DNA of 64,000 nt from the human T2T-CHM13v2.0 reference genome, Homo sapiens, in NCBI RefSeq assembly GCF_009914755.1, contig NC_060930.1. The stretch is one strand, 5' to 3'. The translations under genes and the position numbers were made by a program. How positions within the stretch are numbered: position 1 is the first letter of the stretch; each line of letters opens with the position of its first letter. The notes under the pieces were generated by a model. That model was not told the DNA's origin, did not search any database, and saw only the letters and a program-made list of their open reading frames with translations. Below, piece after piece: positions 1-15,300 of the stretch.

Positions 1-262
<262 letters not shown>

Positions 263-439
263 AATGTGATTGATTAGCTATCCAAAAAAAATATGCATGC
301 AAACCAAAAGTAAGGGGGCAGTCCCAGATATACCCAGTCTGTACAAAACCCAGAGTAAAGGAACAATCCCACTGTCACTGTCACAGAAAGGCCACGCTTC
401 AGGGCCAGCCCTAGCAAGGAGGCAGCACTAGGTCCAGAT

Positions 440-610
440 CCCTCTCCTGCCATGTATGTGACTTGGAGAAATGTGTCAGCTTGAGTGCCTCAGCTTCAGC
501 CTCTGCACAATGAGAATAATGCCACCTAATTTGCAGGGATCCCGTGAAGATTAAATGAGGTAAGGTGTGTGAAAGAGACCACCCTCCTATGTAGCGGGCA
601 TTCAAAAAAA
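440..610 (+). mobile_element. MIR SINE remnant
   Basis: MIR core-like tgtgacttgg...cctcagcttc...tgaagattaaatgag. Confidence 0.65.
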
Positions 611-762
611 GCTAGCTATAATGAAATCGAAGAACTTCAGAGTGTCTTAAAGCAAACAGGAAATTCAAGAAGAAATCATCAAGGAAGGATGGGGAAAGAA
701 GAAGGTGAGGAGGGAATGATATGAAGAAGAAGTGCATAGGTAAAGATTAACAATAACCTTTT

Positions 763-1043
763 GGCCGGGCGTGGTGGCTCATGCCTGTAATCCCAGCACT
801 TTAGGAGGCCGAGGTGGGTGGATCACGAGGTCAGGAGATCGAGACTATCCTGGCTAACACGGTGACACCCAGTCTCTACTAAAAATCCAAAAAAAAATAG
901 CCGGGCGTGGCCGCATGCGCCTGTAGTCCCAGCTGCTGGGGAGGCTGAGGAAGGAGAATGGCATGAACCCAGAGCCAAGATCGTACCACTGCACTCCAGC
1001 CTGGGTGACAGAGCAAGACTCTGTCTCAAAAAAGAAAGAAAAA
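763..1043 (+). mobile_element. AluY with a small right-arm deletion
   Basis: AluY diagnostic gagatcgagac...tggctaacacgg; TSD aacaataacctttt at 749-762 and 1044-1057. Confidence 0.92.
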
Positions 1044-1924
1044 AACAATAACCTTTTGGTTCCCACGTGGGGGTGTTTCATGAGGGTACATTAATTTAAT
1101 ATTAAATAAAACAAAAGTGGGGGCAAGTATGGACCAAAGATAAAAATCTGCCATAAGCCAAGGACTACAATTAATCTAATTATGTGTACCTGAATTTCAG
1201 AAGGGGAAAAAAAATACTTAGCTATCTTTTAGTAATTCCAAGAAAGCAAATGAAATTTCCTAGTCAGTGTAACCAATGCAAGTTGACAAACATCTATTGA
1301 TTACTCACTATAATTATCAGAGCCTACGCTTGGTACACCAGATATCAGAGATAAATATAAATGCAGTTCCTGCTCCCAAGGGGTTCACATTTTAGTGTGG
1401 GAGAGGCACAGCACACACTAAGCATTCCTTTGGGTGGCTGCTACAGAAGTAATGGAGCGCAGGGCAGAGGCGATAAAGTAGGTAACACTACAGTGAATTC
1501 TAAGCAAAGAAAAGGAAAGGAGAAAAGGGGATATGGGAAAGTAACATACGCATAATACAGGGCCCTGCAACAGCCAGGCATGTTCAGAAAGCCACTTAGA
1601 AAAAAGGGCAGCAAGTGATGAAGTCACCAAGGATGTTGAGCAGGTGTGCAATTTGGATTTGCAAAATCATTGCATTAATGACGTGGATCTGAGAACAATG
1701 CGATGGGAATGTGGGCAAAAGGCCAGTTTAGATGCCCTTACAGTCATTCAGAGCACAGAAAATGAAGGCCTGCACTGGCATAGTAAAGTGAGGGTGGACA
1801 GGGAGCTCTGCTCAGAAACTGAGAGGCAGGCAGGTAAATGACTGAAGGAGACGAAGAGACAACAGGGCCCGGAGTGCAACAGAGAGGTACAGGGAGCTTA
1901 TCCCTCTACAGTGTCTGTCTGGTT

Positions 1925-2210
1925 TGTTTATTCATTTATTTATTTTAATTCATAAAAGTTATATATATTTATGGTGTACAACATGAAGTTTTGATATATG
2001 TATATATTATAGAATGCTAAATCAAACCAATTAACATATTACCTCACATACTTATTTTTTGTGGTGAGAATATTTAAAGGTCTACTCTCTCAGCAATTTT
2101 GAAGAATACAATACATTGTTATTAACTATAGACATCATGTTGTACAATAGCTCTCCTGAAATTATTACTCCTAACTGAAATTTTGTATCCTTTGACCTAC
2201 ATCTCCTCAG
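1925..2210 (-). mobile_element. L1MA-type 3' end fragment
   Basis: Reverse L1MA 3'UTR motifs: ggtgtacaacatg, ttttgtggtgagaa, ctaactgaaattttgtatcctttgacc. Confidence 0.75.
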
Positions 2211-2265
2211 TCTCTCTCTTTGTTTTACAGTTTACAAGCCAAACTCACAATCCTGATTACAGAGG

Positions 2266-2648
2266 TGATATAGTTTGGCTGTGTCCCCACCCAAAATCAT
2301 CTTGAATTGTAACCTCCATAATCCCAATAACCTCCATGTCTCAAGGGTAGGACCAGGTGGAGGTAACTGGATCATGGGGGTGGTTTTCCACATGCCGCTC
2401 TCGTGATAGTGAGTGAGTCTCAAGAGATCCGATGGTTTTATAAGCGTCTGGCATTTCCCCTGCTTGCATTCGCTCCATCCTGCTGTCCTGTGAAGAAGGT
2501 GCCTGCTGCTTCTTTGCCTTCCACCATGATTGTAAGTTTCCTGAGGCCTCCCCAGCCATGTGGAACTGTGAGTCAGTTAAGCCTCTTTCCTTTATAAATT
2601 ACCTAGTCTCGGGTATTTCTTCATAACAGTGTGAGAACAACTAATACA
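2266..2648 (+). mobile_element. THE1 (ERVL-MaLR) solo LTR
   Basis: Begins tgatatagtttggctgtgtccccaccc, ends ctaataca (TG...CA); 5-bp TSD agagg at 2261-2265 and 2649-2653. Confidence 0.93.
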
Positions 2649-2734
2649 AGAGGTCATCAAAGAGGTACAATCTTTGATGTTATTGATTGATTGGCTGAGA
2701 AGAGGTGGCAGCAATGGTGGACGCTAAGAGAGTG

Positions 2735-2887
2735 CATCTCCACCTTTAACATGCACAGGATCACCTAGACAGCTTGTTAAAATGCAGATCCTAATTCAGT
2801 AGGTCTAGGGTGGTGCCTGAGCCTCCGCATTTCTAACAAGCGTAGGTGACACTGATGTGTCATGGACCACATTTTGAAAAGCAAGGA
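2735..2887. mobile_element. MER5-type hAT-Charlie DNA transposon
   Basis: atcacct...cttgttaaaatgcagat...attcagtaggtct...gcatttctaacaag...gaccacattttga. Confidence 0.75.
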
Positions 2888-3664
2888 ATTTGAAAGCACC
2901 AAGAATCAGAGAAAAGAGAAGGGAAGGAGGGCAAATGTAAGCGTTCATTGTATGACACAGATGACTCTGGGTCACTGAGGCTGGATATATGAGTCTGGTA
3001 CTCTACCTGGAGCTACATAGAGAATTGAGAATAATTCATTCACGTATACACACTATAAAAAAAAGGAAGAATGAAATTAGATTACCTAGGGAAATCATGT
3101 AATCTCAAGGCAGAACAATGGGTGTCCCATTTTTCCTGAATGGACAATTAAGATCTCTCAGAAACCTTTTGCTGAGTGACACTCAGATCACTGAGGCTCT
3201 GCCCTGCTCAGAAACAGCCTCCTTCTGACACTTCACCCACCTGAATTAAATAAAATCAAACCTCGTCTAACATGTCTTCCTCATGCAAGTGAACTGATGA
3301 ACTTAATATTGCTGAGCATCCTAAACTGCAGCAGAGGAGGTGTTTGCAAAAGCTTTGGTAGACCCTTGGAAGGATTCTTCATCAGAACCAAATTTCTTAT
3401 AATAGCTATACCTATCTCTACCGTTTTCAATTACAGGTTTTCCTGAAGTTCTTTGCAAGGTCATCATGGAATAAAAGGCCAGAATTGATGATTAAAGAAC
3501 TCTTTTAGTTTATATATACAAAATATAGTGTGTGTGTGTGAGAGAGAGATATTCTGTCTTAATATAAAATCAACTGTATTAATAATTAAACTAAAATGTT
3601 AATACGGTGGATATTAATTTACAAAGATATAATTAATTTAAATAATTAAATCATCAATTAACAC

Positions 3665-3950
3665 TTTTTTGTTGTTGTTGCTTTGTTTTGCTTTGCTTTT
3701 TTTGAGACAGGGTCTTGCTCTGTTACTCAGGCTGGAGTGCAGTGTGTGATCTCAGCTCACTGCAACCTCCGCCTCCCAGGTTCAAGCGGTTCTCGTGCCT
3801 CAGCCTCCTGAGTAGCTGGGACTACAGGTGTGCGCCACCACGCCTGACTAATTTTTGTATTTTTAGTAGAGACAGGGTTTCACCATGTTGACCAGGCTGG
3901 TCTCAAACTCCTGACCTCAAGTGATCCACCCGCCTTGGCCTCCCAAAGTG
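3665..3950 (-). mobile_element. AluS
   Basis: Reverse Alu body with a T-rich tail. Confidence 0.9.
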
Positions 3951-4189
3951 TGAACTGTTAATTTGCTATGTTTCTTGATTACAGCTGGACATTGCTTTTC
4001 CAGCGTTTAGGTCTTTTTCACACTTCTGGTCTAGAACTTATCACCACTCCTTACTGGGTAACTACTATCTCCCCTTCCTAGACAGTAGCAATTTTATTTT
4101 CTCTTTATATATTCTTGAAGAATAGTATAGTGCCATGAGTACAGTATGAGCTCTAAAGTACTTGTTTTTGTGCTTTTTTAATTAAAAAA

Positions 4190-4484
4190 AAAAAAAAAAA
4201 AATTAGAGACAAAGTCTTGCTGTCACCCAGACTTGAATGCAGTGCAGTGATCACACCTCACTGCCGCCTAAAACTCCGGGGCTCAAGATCCTCCCACCTC
4301 AGTCTTCCTAGCTGCTAAGACTATAGGCACACACCACCATGCCCAGCTAATTTTTATAAATGTTCTGTAGAGATAGGGTCTCACCTGTTCCCCAGGTGGG
4401 TCTCAAACTCTTGGCCTCAAGCAATCCTCCTGCTTAGGACTCTCGAAGTGCTGGGAATACAGGTGTGACCCACCACACCCAACC
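4190..4484 (-). mobile_element. AluJ
   Basis: Diverged Alu with J-type ctcaagcaatcctcc. Confidence 0.82.
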
Positions 4485-5153
4485 GAAAGTATTTGTTGAA
4501 TGAAAGTTGTTTCCTTATCTTAGCTTTTCTCAATGGAAAACTACTGTTGAGTTTTTCTTCTGCCTTCAGTCCAGCTTCTTGTTCCTGCACTGAGGCATTA
4601 CTGGCTATAAAAATCCACTGTTAGACTCAAGAACAGGCAGAAGGCTGTCTCTGGACAGCTTGGTTTTAATTGATCAAATGATCCCTGGCACTGAGGTGTC
4701 CAAATTATTCCACCTGTCTTCCTAGCCAACAAATCAGTGAAAGCACATATGGAAACAACCATCCAGTCCTGCCTGATCAGTCCACTTGCTTGAATTCTAA
4801 AACCTCACTTAGCTTTTGGAAACAAACTCTTTAGGTAGAATGTTAATACAGGAGTCTCTTCCCTCGCAAAGCAAAATCTTGAAAGAGCCACAGACATTTT
4901 CTCACTGTTAACAGTGGTAGATAGGTTGATTATGTAGTCCATAAATTTTACTAAATCATCAGACACACTTGACTTTTCTCTGTGACGGCATAGCTTTAAG
5001 TAAATATTAAGAAGGCATTTGCATCCATTAAAACACAGAATTTAAAAAGTAAAAACACCTCTTCGAGCCCATGGTAAGTTCTACATTTTCCAGATTCTCA
5101 GCATTAGCAAATATTGTTTATATAATCAAGAAACTTTCTTAAAAAAAATTGTA

Positions 5154-5509
<356 letters not shown>

Positions 5510-6086
5510 TTACTGTATATCATATACACCTTCTTATTGAAAGTCTAAAATTCTGCTGCACATAAAACACCTAAAACAATTTAGAACATTTGCCATTTCT
5601 TTCTATTCTAAGGGAAATAATAGGATTAATGAGATGTTGATGAGAAATTGTCTTCTCTATGCAACACTGCTCTCTGCAAAAATACCAAACTATGTCAAAC
5701 CTGTTCCCAAAAGGAAGAGGATTAAATTCTACACCTAGAAAATTAAATTCTCAAGCTACCTACCACACAGTCTGTCAATTTATATAGGTTACTATAATCA
5801 AGAAACCACTGCTTTTGGTCTATGTTTTAAGGATGAATAATTAATACACAAAAAGTTTTTTTATATGTACCAACAATAGTACTTAATAGAATGTTCCTGA
5901 ATGTATTCTTCTTTGTAAATAATTGTAATATCCACTGTATTAACATTATAGACTACTATTGTGGTAGTGGCTCAACTATTAATACATTGTTGAATTTATA
6001 TTAGGACAAAACATCTGTCTCACGCACACATCATACATTTGGTATATATAAACTAAAGCTTCTTTAATCGTCAGAAAAAAAATCTA

Positions 6087-6445
<359 letters not shown>

Positions 6446-6573
6446 AAAAATTTATTTATATGAACTCTACAGCTTATTTAAAATATTCTTGTCAACATAT
6501 TTTATCTGGAAAAGCTCAAAGTTACTTTTAAGTTTTCAAATACATACACACATATACGTAAAACGTATATCCA

Positions 6574-6875
6574 GCCGGGCGAGGTGGCTCATGCCTATAA
6601 TCCCAGCACTTTGGGAGGCCGAGGTGGGTGGATCACCTGAAGTTGGGAGTTCGAGACCAGCCTGACCAATGTGGAGAAACCCCATCTCTACTAAAAATAC
6701 AAAATTAGCCAGGCATGGTGGTACATGCCTGTAATCCCAGCTACTTGGGAGGCTGAGGCAGGAGAATTGCTTGAACCTGGGAAGCGGAGGTTGCGGTGAG
6801 CTGAGGTCTGCCATTGCACTCCAGCCTGGGCAACAAGAGTGAAACTCCATCTCAAAAAAAAAAAAAGAAAAAAAG
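6574..6875 (+). mobile_element. AluSp/Sq
   Basis: ctgaccaa...gagaaacc and caacaagagtgaaactcc; TSD gtatatcca. Confidence 0.9.
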
Positions 6876-7147
6876 TGGTATATCCATAGATCCATTATGA
6901 TCCATATTCATGATTTCCTATATTCCATCTTTAATATGCATATTTTGGGAAGCATGTTAATGTTTGGCATTACAAACGGCAAGGCAATTTTGAGTTACTG
7001 TATGGAGCTGAAGACGATAGCTTTATCTTCACACTTTGTAATACTGCATCCTACCCTGGTTAAGCAAATTCCATTTCAGTATTTTACCCTGAGTACTCAT
7101 GAGAATTATTCAATCATGTGACCAGAAATACTGGTTCTGGATTATTA

Positions 7148-7345
<198 letters not shown>

Positions 7346-7804
7346 CTAAAATTTATTTGAAACCACGCTTGTTAGCAGAAATGCTTACTACAGACTCAAA
7401 TAACTCCAAGAAAATTTGGTCCCTTGCACATAACTGGGCATTTAGTAAATATCGATGGGATGAATAAATACTGAATAAACTCAACAATTTTTATCAGAAC
7501 ACTGACAAGACTGAGAAGAAAACATTAGACATGTCACTATGGTGCTCAACTACTTTCAGTCATTCCACGCCAGCCTCTGAGAGGCACAGGCAGAATTCCA
7601 ATAAAGCACAGTTTTCTTCCATAGTTGCAACCTCAAAAAAAGTGCTGAAATTCAAATAATCTTAAGTTCTGCCGCCTGTACACATAGGAATATTCTCCTT
7701 ATAATGTAACTGAATAAAGTTATCCTCCGAGAGGGAGACAATGGTATCTGCTGCTTTCCCATCAGCTCTTCCAGAAGCTACTATGTTGGACAACTGAGCT
7801 GTAA

Positions 7805-8240
<436 letters not shown>

Positions 8241-8528
8241 TAAAGAGAAGCAAATGCCTGAATTTAATGCACAGATTTAGTTGTTGTGGCAATTGTTACA
8301 GAAGGCATTTGTGGTAAGTGGATTTCTTTCTAACCATATGTGAAGCTTCAAACCTTAATAAGCAAACACATAGTAAGTAGAAATTGATTTCTACAAAACC
8401 AGGCTTCATAAAGTTGTATAGTCTACAGAAATAACACATTACATATTTTTCAGATTTTTTTAGTAGTACACAATTACTTCCCCCAAAGTAGACAAACCAA
8501 AGTTTTGATTAAAAGATTTACACTAACT

Positions 8529-8775
8529 GGCTGGGCTTGAGGCCAGAAGTTTGAGAACTGCCTGGGCAACACAGTGAGACCCTGTCTCTACAAAAAATCT
8601 TTTTAAATTACCCTGGCATGGTGGCACATGCCTGCAGTCTAAGCTACTTGGGAGGCTGAGGTGGGAGGATCGCTTGAGCTTGGGAGTTAGAGGCTGCGGT
8701 AAGCCATGCTGCAGCTCCAGCCTGAGCGACAGAGTAAGACCTTGTCTCCCCGCCCACTCCCACCAAAAAAAAAAA
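8529..8775 (+). mobile_element. AluJ (partial)
   Basis: J-type ggaggatcgcttgagc, gaggctgc. Confidence 0.8.
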
Positions 8776-8927
8776 ATCACACTGTGAAGCCTTGTAAACT
8801 ACATACGTTGATTATTTTTTTCAAAACCACCTTTGAATGAAATAATTTACCCTTGGATGAATATCTAAATGTGGTTTTTTTCAATATGCTTTAAAGGAAA
8901 ACTCTTCTGAAGTTTGAAGTTTCTCGT

Positions 8928-9225
8928 GTTTTTTTGTTTGTTTGTTTTACTGAGATGGAGTTTCGCTCTTATTGCCCAGTCTAGAGTGCCCAGCCGAGAT
9001 CACCGCAACCTCCGCCTCCCTGATTCATGTGATTCTCCTGCCTCAGCCTCCCGAGTAGCTGGGATTAAAGGCGTGCGCCACCATGCCTGGCTAACTTTGT
9101 ATTTTTTGTAGAGATGGGGTTTCTCCATGTTGGCCAAGCTGGTCTCGAACTCCCAACCTCAGGTGATCGGCCCGTGTTGGCCTCCCAAAATGCTGGGATT
9201 ACAGGCGTGAGTAACGCACCCAGCC
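8928..9225 (-). mobile_element. AluSp
   Basis: Reverse Alu with tttcgctcttattgccc and gtttctccatgttgg. Confidence 0.88.
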
Positions 9226-9340
9226 TTAAGTTTCCATTTTTATAATCAATTTCATTTTAGCTAAATTGCTGACAGCAATTCCTAAAACAACTTAGTATTT
9301 GTCACTCTCTAAATATGCTTGAGCTAAGAAATTTGCAATG

Positions 9341-12300
9341 GGAAGGGGGCAAGGCAAGATGGTGGAATAGAAGGCTCCACCCATCGTCCTGCAAAAACAC
9401 CAATCTAACAACTATCTATACAAAACAAGCAACTTCATAAGAACCAAAAATTGGGTGAGCACCCACAGTACCTGGTTTTAACTTCATATCAGCAGAAAGA
9501 AACACTGAGGAGGTGGGAAAAAGTCTTGAATCACAGATGCCATCCCTCCACCATCCCCCAGTGGCAGCGTGGTATGGACAGTGTTCCTGTGCTCTGGGGA
9601 GAGGGAAAGTCAGCAATTGTGAGGCACTGAACTCAGTGCTGCTCTGCTATAGCAGAAAGAAAATCCGGACCAAACTCAGCTGACGCCCGCCCACGCAGGG
9701 AGCATTTAAACCAACTCTAGACAGAGGGGAATCACCGATTCCAGCGGTCAGATCTTGAGTTACTGCAAGCCTCACCACCACGAGCTAAAGTGCTCTGGGG
9801 CTCACCATAAACGTTAAGGCAGACTAGGCCACAAAGACTACAACTTCTAGGCAAGTCGTGCTGGACTAGGCCCAGAGCCAGAGGACTAGACAGGGCATGT
9901 GAACTACTGGGACACCAACTGGGGAAGCTAAGAGTGCTGGCATTACCCTTCCCCTAATGCCAGGCTGCACAGCTCATGGATCCAAAAGAGACCCCTTCCT
10001 TCCATTTGAGGTGAGGAGAGAGAACAGTGAGGAGGACATTGTCTTGCATCTTGAATACCAGGTCAGCCACAGCAGAATAGGGCAACGGTCAAAGTCATGA
10101 GGCCCCCTTCCCAGGCCCTAGCTCCAAGACAACATTTCTAGACACACCCTGGGCCAGAAGGAAACTTGTTGCCTTGAAAGGAAGGACCTACTCCTGGCAG
10201 AATTCATCACCTGCTAACTGAAGAGCCCTTGGGCCCTAAACAACCAGCAGCTATACCTAGGTACTACCTCAAGGGCCTTGGTGAGCCTCTGAGACTCGTA
10301 GGTTTCAGTTATGTATGACCTAGCACATTCTCAGCTGTGGTGGCTAAGGGGCAAGGCTCCTTCTGCTTGAGAAAAGCAGAGGGAAAAGTAAAGAGGGCTT
10401 AGACTTGCATCTCAGGTGCCATCTCAGCCACGGGGAGGTAGAGCACCAAGTGGGCTCTTGGGGTCCCCGATTCTAGAACTTGGCTCTTGGACAGCATCTC
10501 TGGACCTGCCTTGGGCCAGAGAGAAACCCACTGCCCTGAATGGCAAGTCCTAGGCCAGGCAGCATTCATCACTAGCTCACTGAAGAGCCTTTGGGCCTTA
10601 AGAGAACATTGGCAGTAGTCTGGCAGTACTGTCCGTGGGCCTGTGGTGGCAATGCCCATGGGAGGAAGCTCCTCTGCCTTGGGAAAGGGGAGGGAAAAGT
10701 GGGAAGGACTGCGTCTTGTGGTTTGAGTGCCAGTTGAGCCACAGTATATTAGAACACCAGGTAGACTTGTAAGGTTTTTGACTCCAGTCCCTGACTCCCA
10801 GACAGCACCTGGACCCATCCAGAGCCTGGGGAAACTTGCCACCCTGAAGGCAAGGACACAGGCCTGGCCCACATTGCCACCTACTGATTGTAGAACCCCA
10901 AGGCCTTGAGTGAACATAGGTGGTAGCCAGAGAGTAGTTACAGCAGGCCTTGGGTGAGACCCACTGCTAGGCTGACTTCAGTTCTGACCCAGCGCGGTCC
11001 TAGTAGATGGTAACCAAAGGGGTGCTGTGTCACTCCACCCCCAACCAGGTGGCTCAGAACAGAAAGAGGAACCTTTTTTGGGAGAAAGGGAAGAGAGCAA
11101 GAGTTTCTGCCTGGTAATGCAAAGAATTCTTCCAGATCTTGTCCAAAATCATCAAGGTGTTACCTCTACGAGTCTGAAAGAACCACAGTATTACTGGGCT
11201 TGGTATGCCCCCTAAAGCACTCACAGCTTACAGCACAACACCCAAGTCCTTTTGAATATCTGGAAAGCCTTCCCAAGAAGCATTGGTACATCAAGCCCAG
11301 ACTGCAAAGACTACAATAAATATCTAACACTTCAATACCCAGACACAGACAAACATCTTTAAATATCAAGACATTCCAGGAAAACATGTCCTCACCAAAT
11401 ATACTAAATAAAGCACCAGGGACCAATCCTGGAGAAAGAGATATGTGACCTTTCAGACAGAAAATTCAAAATAGCTTTTTTAAGAAACCTCAAATTCAAG
11501 ATAACACAGAAAAGGAATCAGAATTCTATCAAATTTAACAAAGAGATTGAAATAATTAAAAATAATCAAGCAGAAATTCTGGAGATAAAAAATGCAATTA
11601 GCCTACTGAAGAATGCATCAGAGTCTTTTAATAGCAGAACTGATCAAGCAGAAAAAGGAATTAGTTTGAAGACAGGCTATTTGAAAATACACAGAGGAGA
11701 CAAAAGAATAAAGAACAATGAAGCATGCCTACAGGATTTACAAAAAATAGCCTCAAAGAGACAAATGTATATTGGCCTTAAAGAGGAGGTAGAGAAAGAG
11801 ACAGGGGCAGAAAATTTATTCAAACGGATAATAACAGAGAATTTCCCAAACCTAGATGAAGATATCACTAGCCAAGTACAAGAAGGTTATATAGAACATC
11901 AAGTGGGTTTAACCCAAAAAGACCACCTCAAGGCAGTTAATAAACTCCCAAAGGATAAAGAAAAGATCCTAAAAGCAGCAAGGAAAAAGAAACAGCATAC
12001 AATGGAGCTCCAATACATCTGGCAGTGGACTTTTCAGTGGAAACCTTGCAGACCAGGAGAGAGTGGCATGACATACTTAAAGTGCTGAAGGAAAAAACTT
12101 TTACCCTAGAATAGTATACCTGGTGAAATATTCTTCAAACATAAAGGAGAAAGAAATTTGTCGTCCCCAGACAAAAGCTGACGGATTTCAATACCAGAAC
12201 TATTCTACAAGAAATGCTAAAGGGAAAACTTCAATCAGAAGGAAAAGGAAGTTAATGAGCAATAAGAAATCACCTAAAGGTACAAAACTCACTGGTAATA

Positions 12301-15300
12301 GTAAGCACACAGAAAAACACAGAATATTCTGACACTGTAACTGTGGTGTGTAAACTACTCTTATTCTAAGTAGCAAAACTAAACAATGAGCCAAACAAAA
12401 AATAACTACAACTATTCAAGACACAAAGTATAATAAGATATAAATAGAAACAACAAACAGTTAAAAAGCAGGGGGATAAAGTTAAGACATAGAGTTTTTA
12501 TTAGTTTCATTTTTGCTTGTTTATGCAAAGTGTTAAGTTATCTGCTCAAAATAATGGGTTATAATATTTACATGCTTTATGGTAAACTCAAACCAAAAAC
12601 ATAAAAGATACACAAAAAATAAAAAGCAAGAAACTAATCATATCGCCAGAGAAAATCACCTTCACTGAAAGGAAGACAGGAAGGAAAGAAAGAAGGAGAA
12701 GACCATAAAACAACCAGAAAACAACAAAATGGCAAGAGTAAGTCCTTATTTATCAATAACTTTGAAATGTAAATGGACTAAACTCTCCAATCAAAAGACA
12801 GAGAGCAGTTGAATGGATAAAAAACAAGACTCAATAATCGGTTGCCTCCAAGAAACACAATTCACCTACAAAGACACACATAGACCAAAAATAAATGGAT
12901 AGAAAAAGATATTCCATGCCAACAAAAACAAACAAAAAGAGCAGGAGTAGCTATACTTACATCAGACAAAACAGATTTCAAGACAAAAACTATAAGAGAC
13001 AAAGAAGGTCACCATATAATGATAAAGGTGTCAATTCAGCAAGAGGATATAACAATTTTAAACATATACGCACCCAGCACTGAAGCACCCAGATATGTAA
13101 ATATTATTTGAGCTAAAAAGGGAGAGATCCCAATACAATAATAGCTGGAGACTTCAACACCCCACTTTCAGCATTAGACAGTTTGTCCACACAGAAAAAG
13201 AAACACTGGACTTAATCTGCACTGTAGACCAAATAGACCTAAGAGATATTTACAGAACATTGCATCCAATGGCTGCAGAATACACATTCTTTTCCTTATC
13301 GCATGGATCATACTCAAGGATAGACCATATGTTAGGTCACAGAACAAGTCCTAAAACATTCAAAAAAAAAAAAAGTAATATCAAACATCTCTGACCACAA
13401 TAAAAACTAGAGATCAATAAGAAGAGGAATTTTGGAAACTATATAAACACATGCAAATTAAACAACATGCTTCTGAATGGCCAGTGGGTCAATGAAGCAA
13501 TTAAGAATGAAATTGAAGGATTTCTTAAATGATAATGGAAATACAACACACCAAAACCTATGGGATACAACAAAAGCAGTGCTAAGAGGAAAGTTTATAG
13601 CTACCTCAAGTACCTACATTAAAAAAAAAAAAACTTCAAATAAACAACCTAACAATACATCTTAATTAGAAAAGCAAGAGCAAACCAAACCCAAAATTCC
13701 TAGAAGAAAAGAAATAATAAAAGATCAGAGCAGAAATAAAATTGAAATCAAGAATACAAAATGTTGTATTTTTGGAATCATGAAAACATGAAACAAAACG
13801 TTGGTTTTTTGGAAAAGTGAAACAAAATTGGCAAACCTTTAGCCAGACTAAGAAAAGAAAAGATCCAAATGAATAAAATCAGATATGAAAAATGAGACAT
13901 TACAACTGGTACTGCAGAAATTCAAAGGATCATTAGTGGCTACTATGGGCAATTATATGCCAATAAATTGGAAAATCTAGAAATGGACAAATTCCAAGAA
14001 ATATACAATACCAAGATTGAACCATGAAGAAATCCAAAACCTGAACAGACCAATAGAAGTAATGAGATCAAAGAACTTTCCCAGTAAACAAAAGCCCAAG
14101 ACCCAATGGTTTAACTGCTGAATTCTACCAAACATTTAAAGAAGAACTAATATTAATACCAATCCTACTCAAACTATTCTGAAAAATAGAGAATGAGGGA
14201 TAGTTCCAAACTCATTCTACGAAGCCAGTATTATGCTGATACCAAAAACACAGACACATCAAAACAAAAACAAAAACATACAAACAAAAAACTACAGAAC
14301 AATATCTCTGAAGAATATTGATGCAAAAATGCTAAATAAAATACTAGCAAACTGACCTCAACAATACATTAGAGGCCAGGCACAGTGGCTCACGCCAGTA
14401 ATCCCAGCACTTTGGGAGGCTGAGGTGAGCAGATCACTTGAGATCAGGAGCTCGAGACTAGCCTGGTCAAATAGTGAAATGCCGTCTCTACTAAAAAAAA
14501 AAAAAAAAAAAAAAATTATCCAGGTGTGGTGGTGCAGGCCTGTAATTCCAGCTACTCAGGAGGCTGAGGCAGAACAATCACTTGAACCCAGGAGGCGAAG
14601 GTTGCAGTGAGCTGAGATAGTGCCACTATACTCCAGCCTGGGCGACATAGTGAGACTCTGTCTCAAAAAAAAAAAAAAAATACATCAACAGAATGAAGGA
14701 AAAAAAACATATGGTCATTTCAATTGATGCTGAAAAAGTATTTGACAAAATTCAACATCCCTTCATGATAAACACCTTCAAAAAAACTCGGTATAAAAGG
14801 AACATACCTCAACATAATAAATGCCACATACAACAGACCCATAGCTAATATAATGAACAGGGAAAAAGTAAAAGGCTTTCCTCTAAGATCTGCAACATGA
14901 CAAGGATACCCACTTTCACCACTGTTGTTCAACATAGTACTGGAAGTCCTAGCTAGAGAAATCAGACAAGAGAAAGAAAGAAAGGGCATCCAAACTGGAA
15001 AGGAAGAAGTCAAATTCTCCTTGTTTGCAGATTATAGAATCTTATATTCAGAAAAAACTGAAGACCATCAAAAAACTATTGGAACTGGTATGCAAATTCA
15101 GTAAAGTTGCAGGACACAAAATCAACATAAAAAAATCAGTAGCATTTCTATATGCCAACAGTGAACAATCTGAAAAAGAAATTTTAAAAGTAATCCCATT
15201 CACAATAGCCACACTGAAAATCAAATACATAAGAATTAACCAAAGAAGTTGAAGATCTCTATAATGAAAACAATAAAATACTGATGAAAGAAATTGAAGA

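Noticed and set aside
10194-10598. Repeated motif attcatcac...actgaagagcc.ttgggcc
   Set aside because: Internal repetition of the old L1 5'UTR, not an independent array.
10399-10917. 172-aa ORF, the longest in the window
   Set aside because: Antisense to the L1 5'UTR, with a non-ATG start and no recognisable domain.
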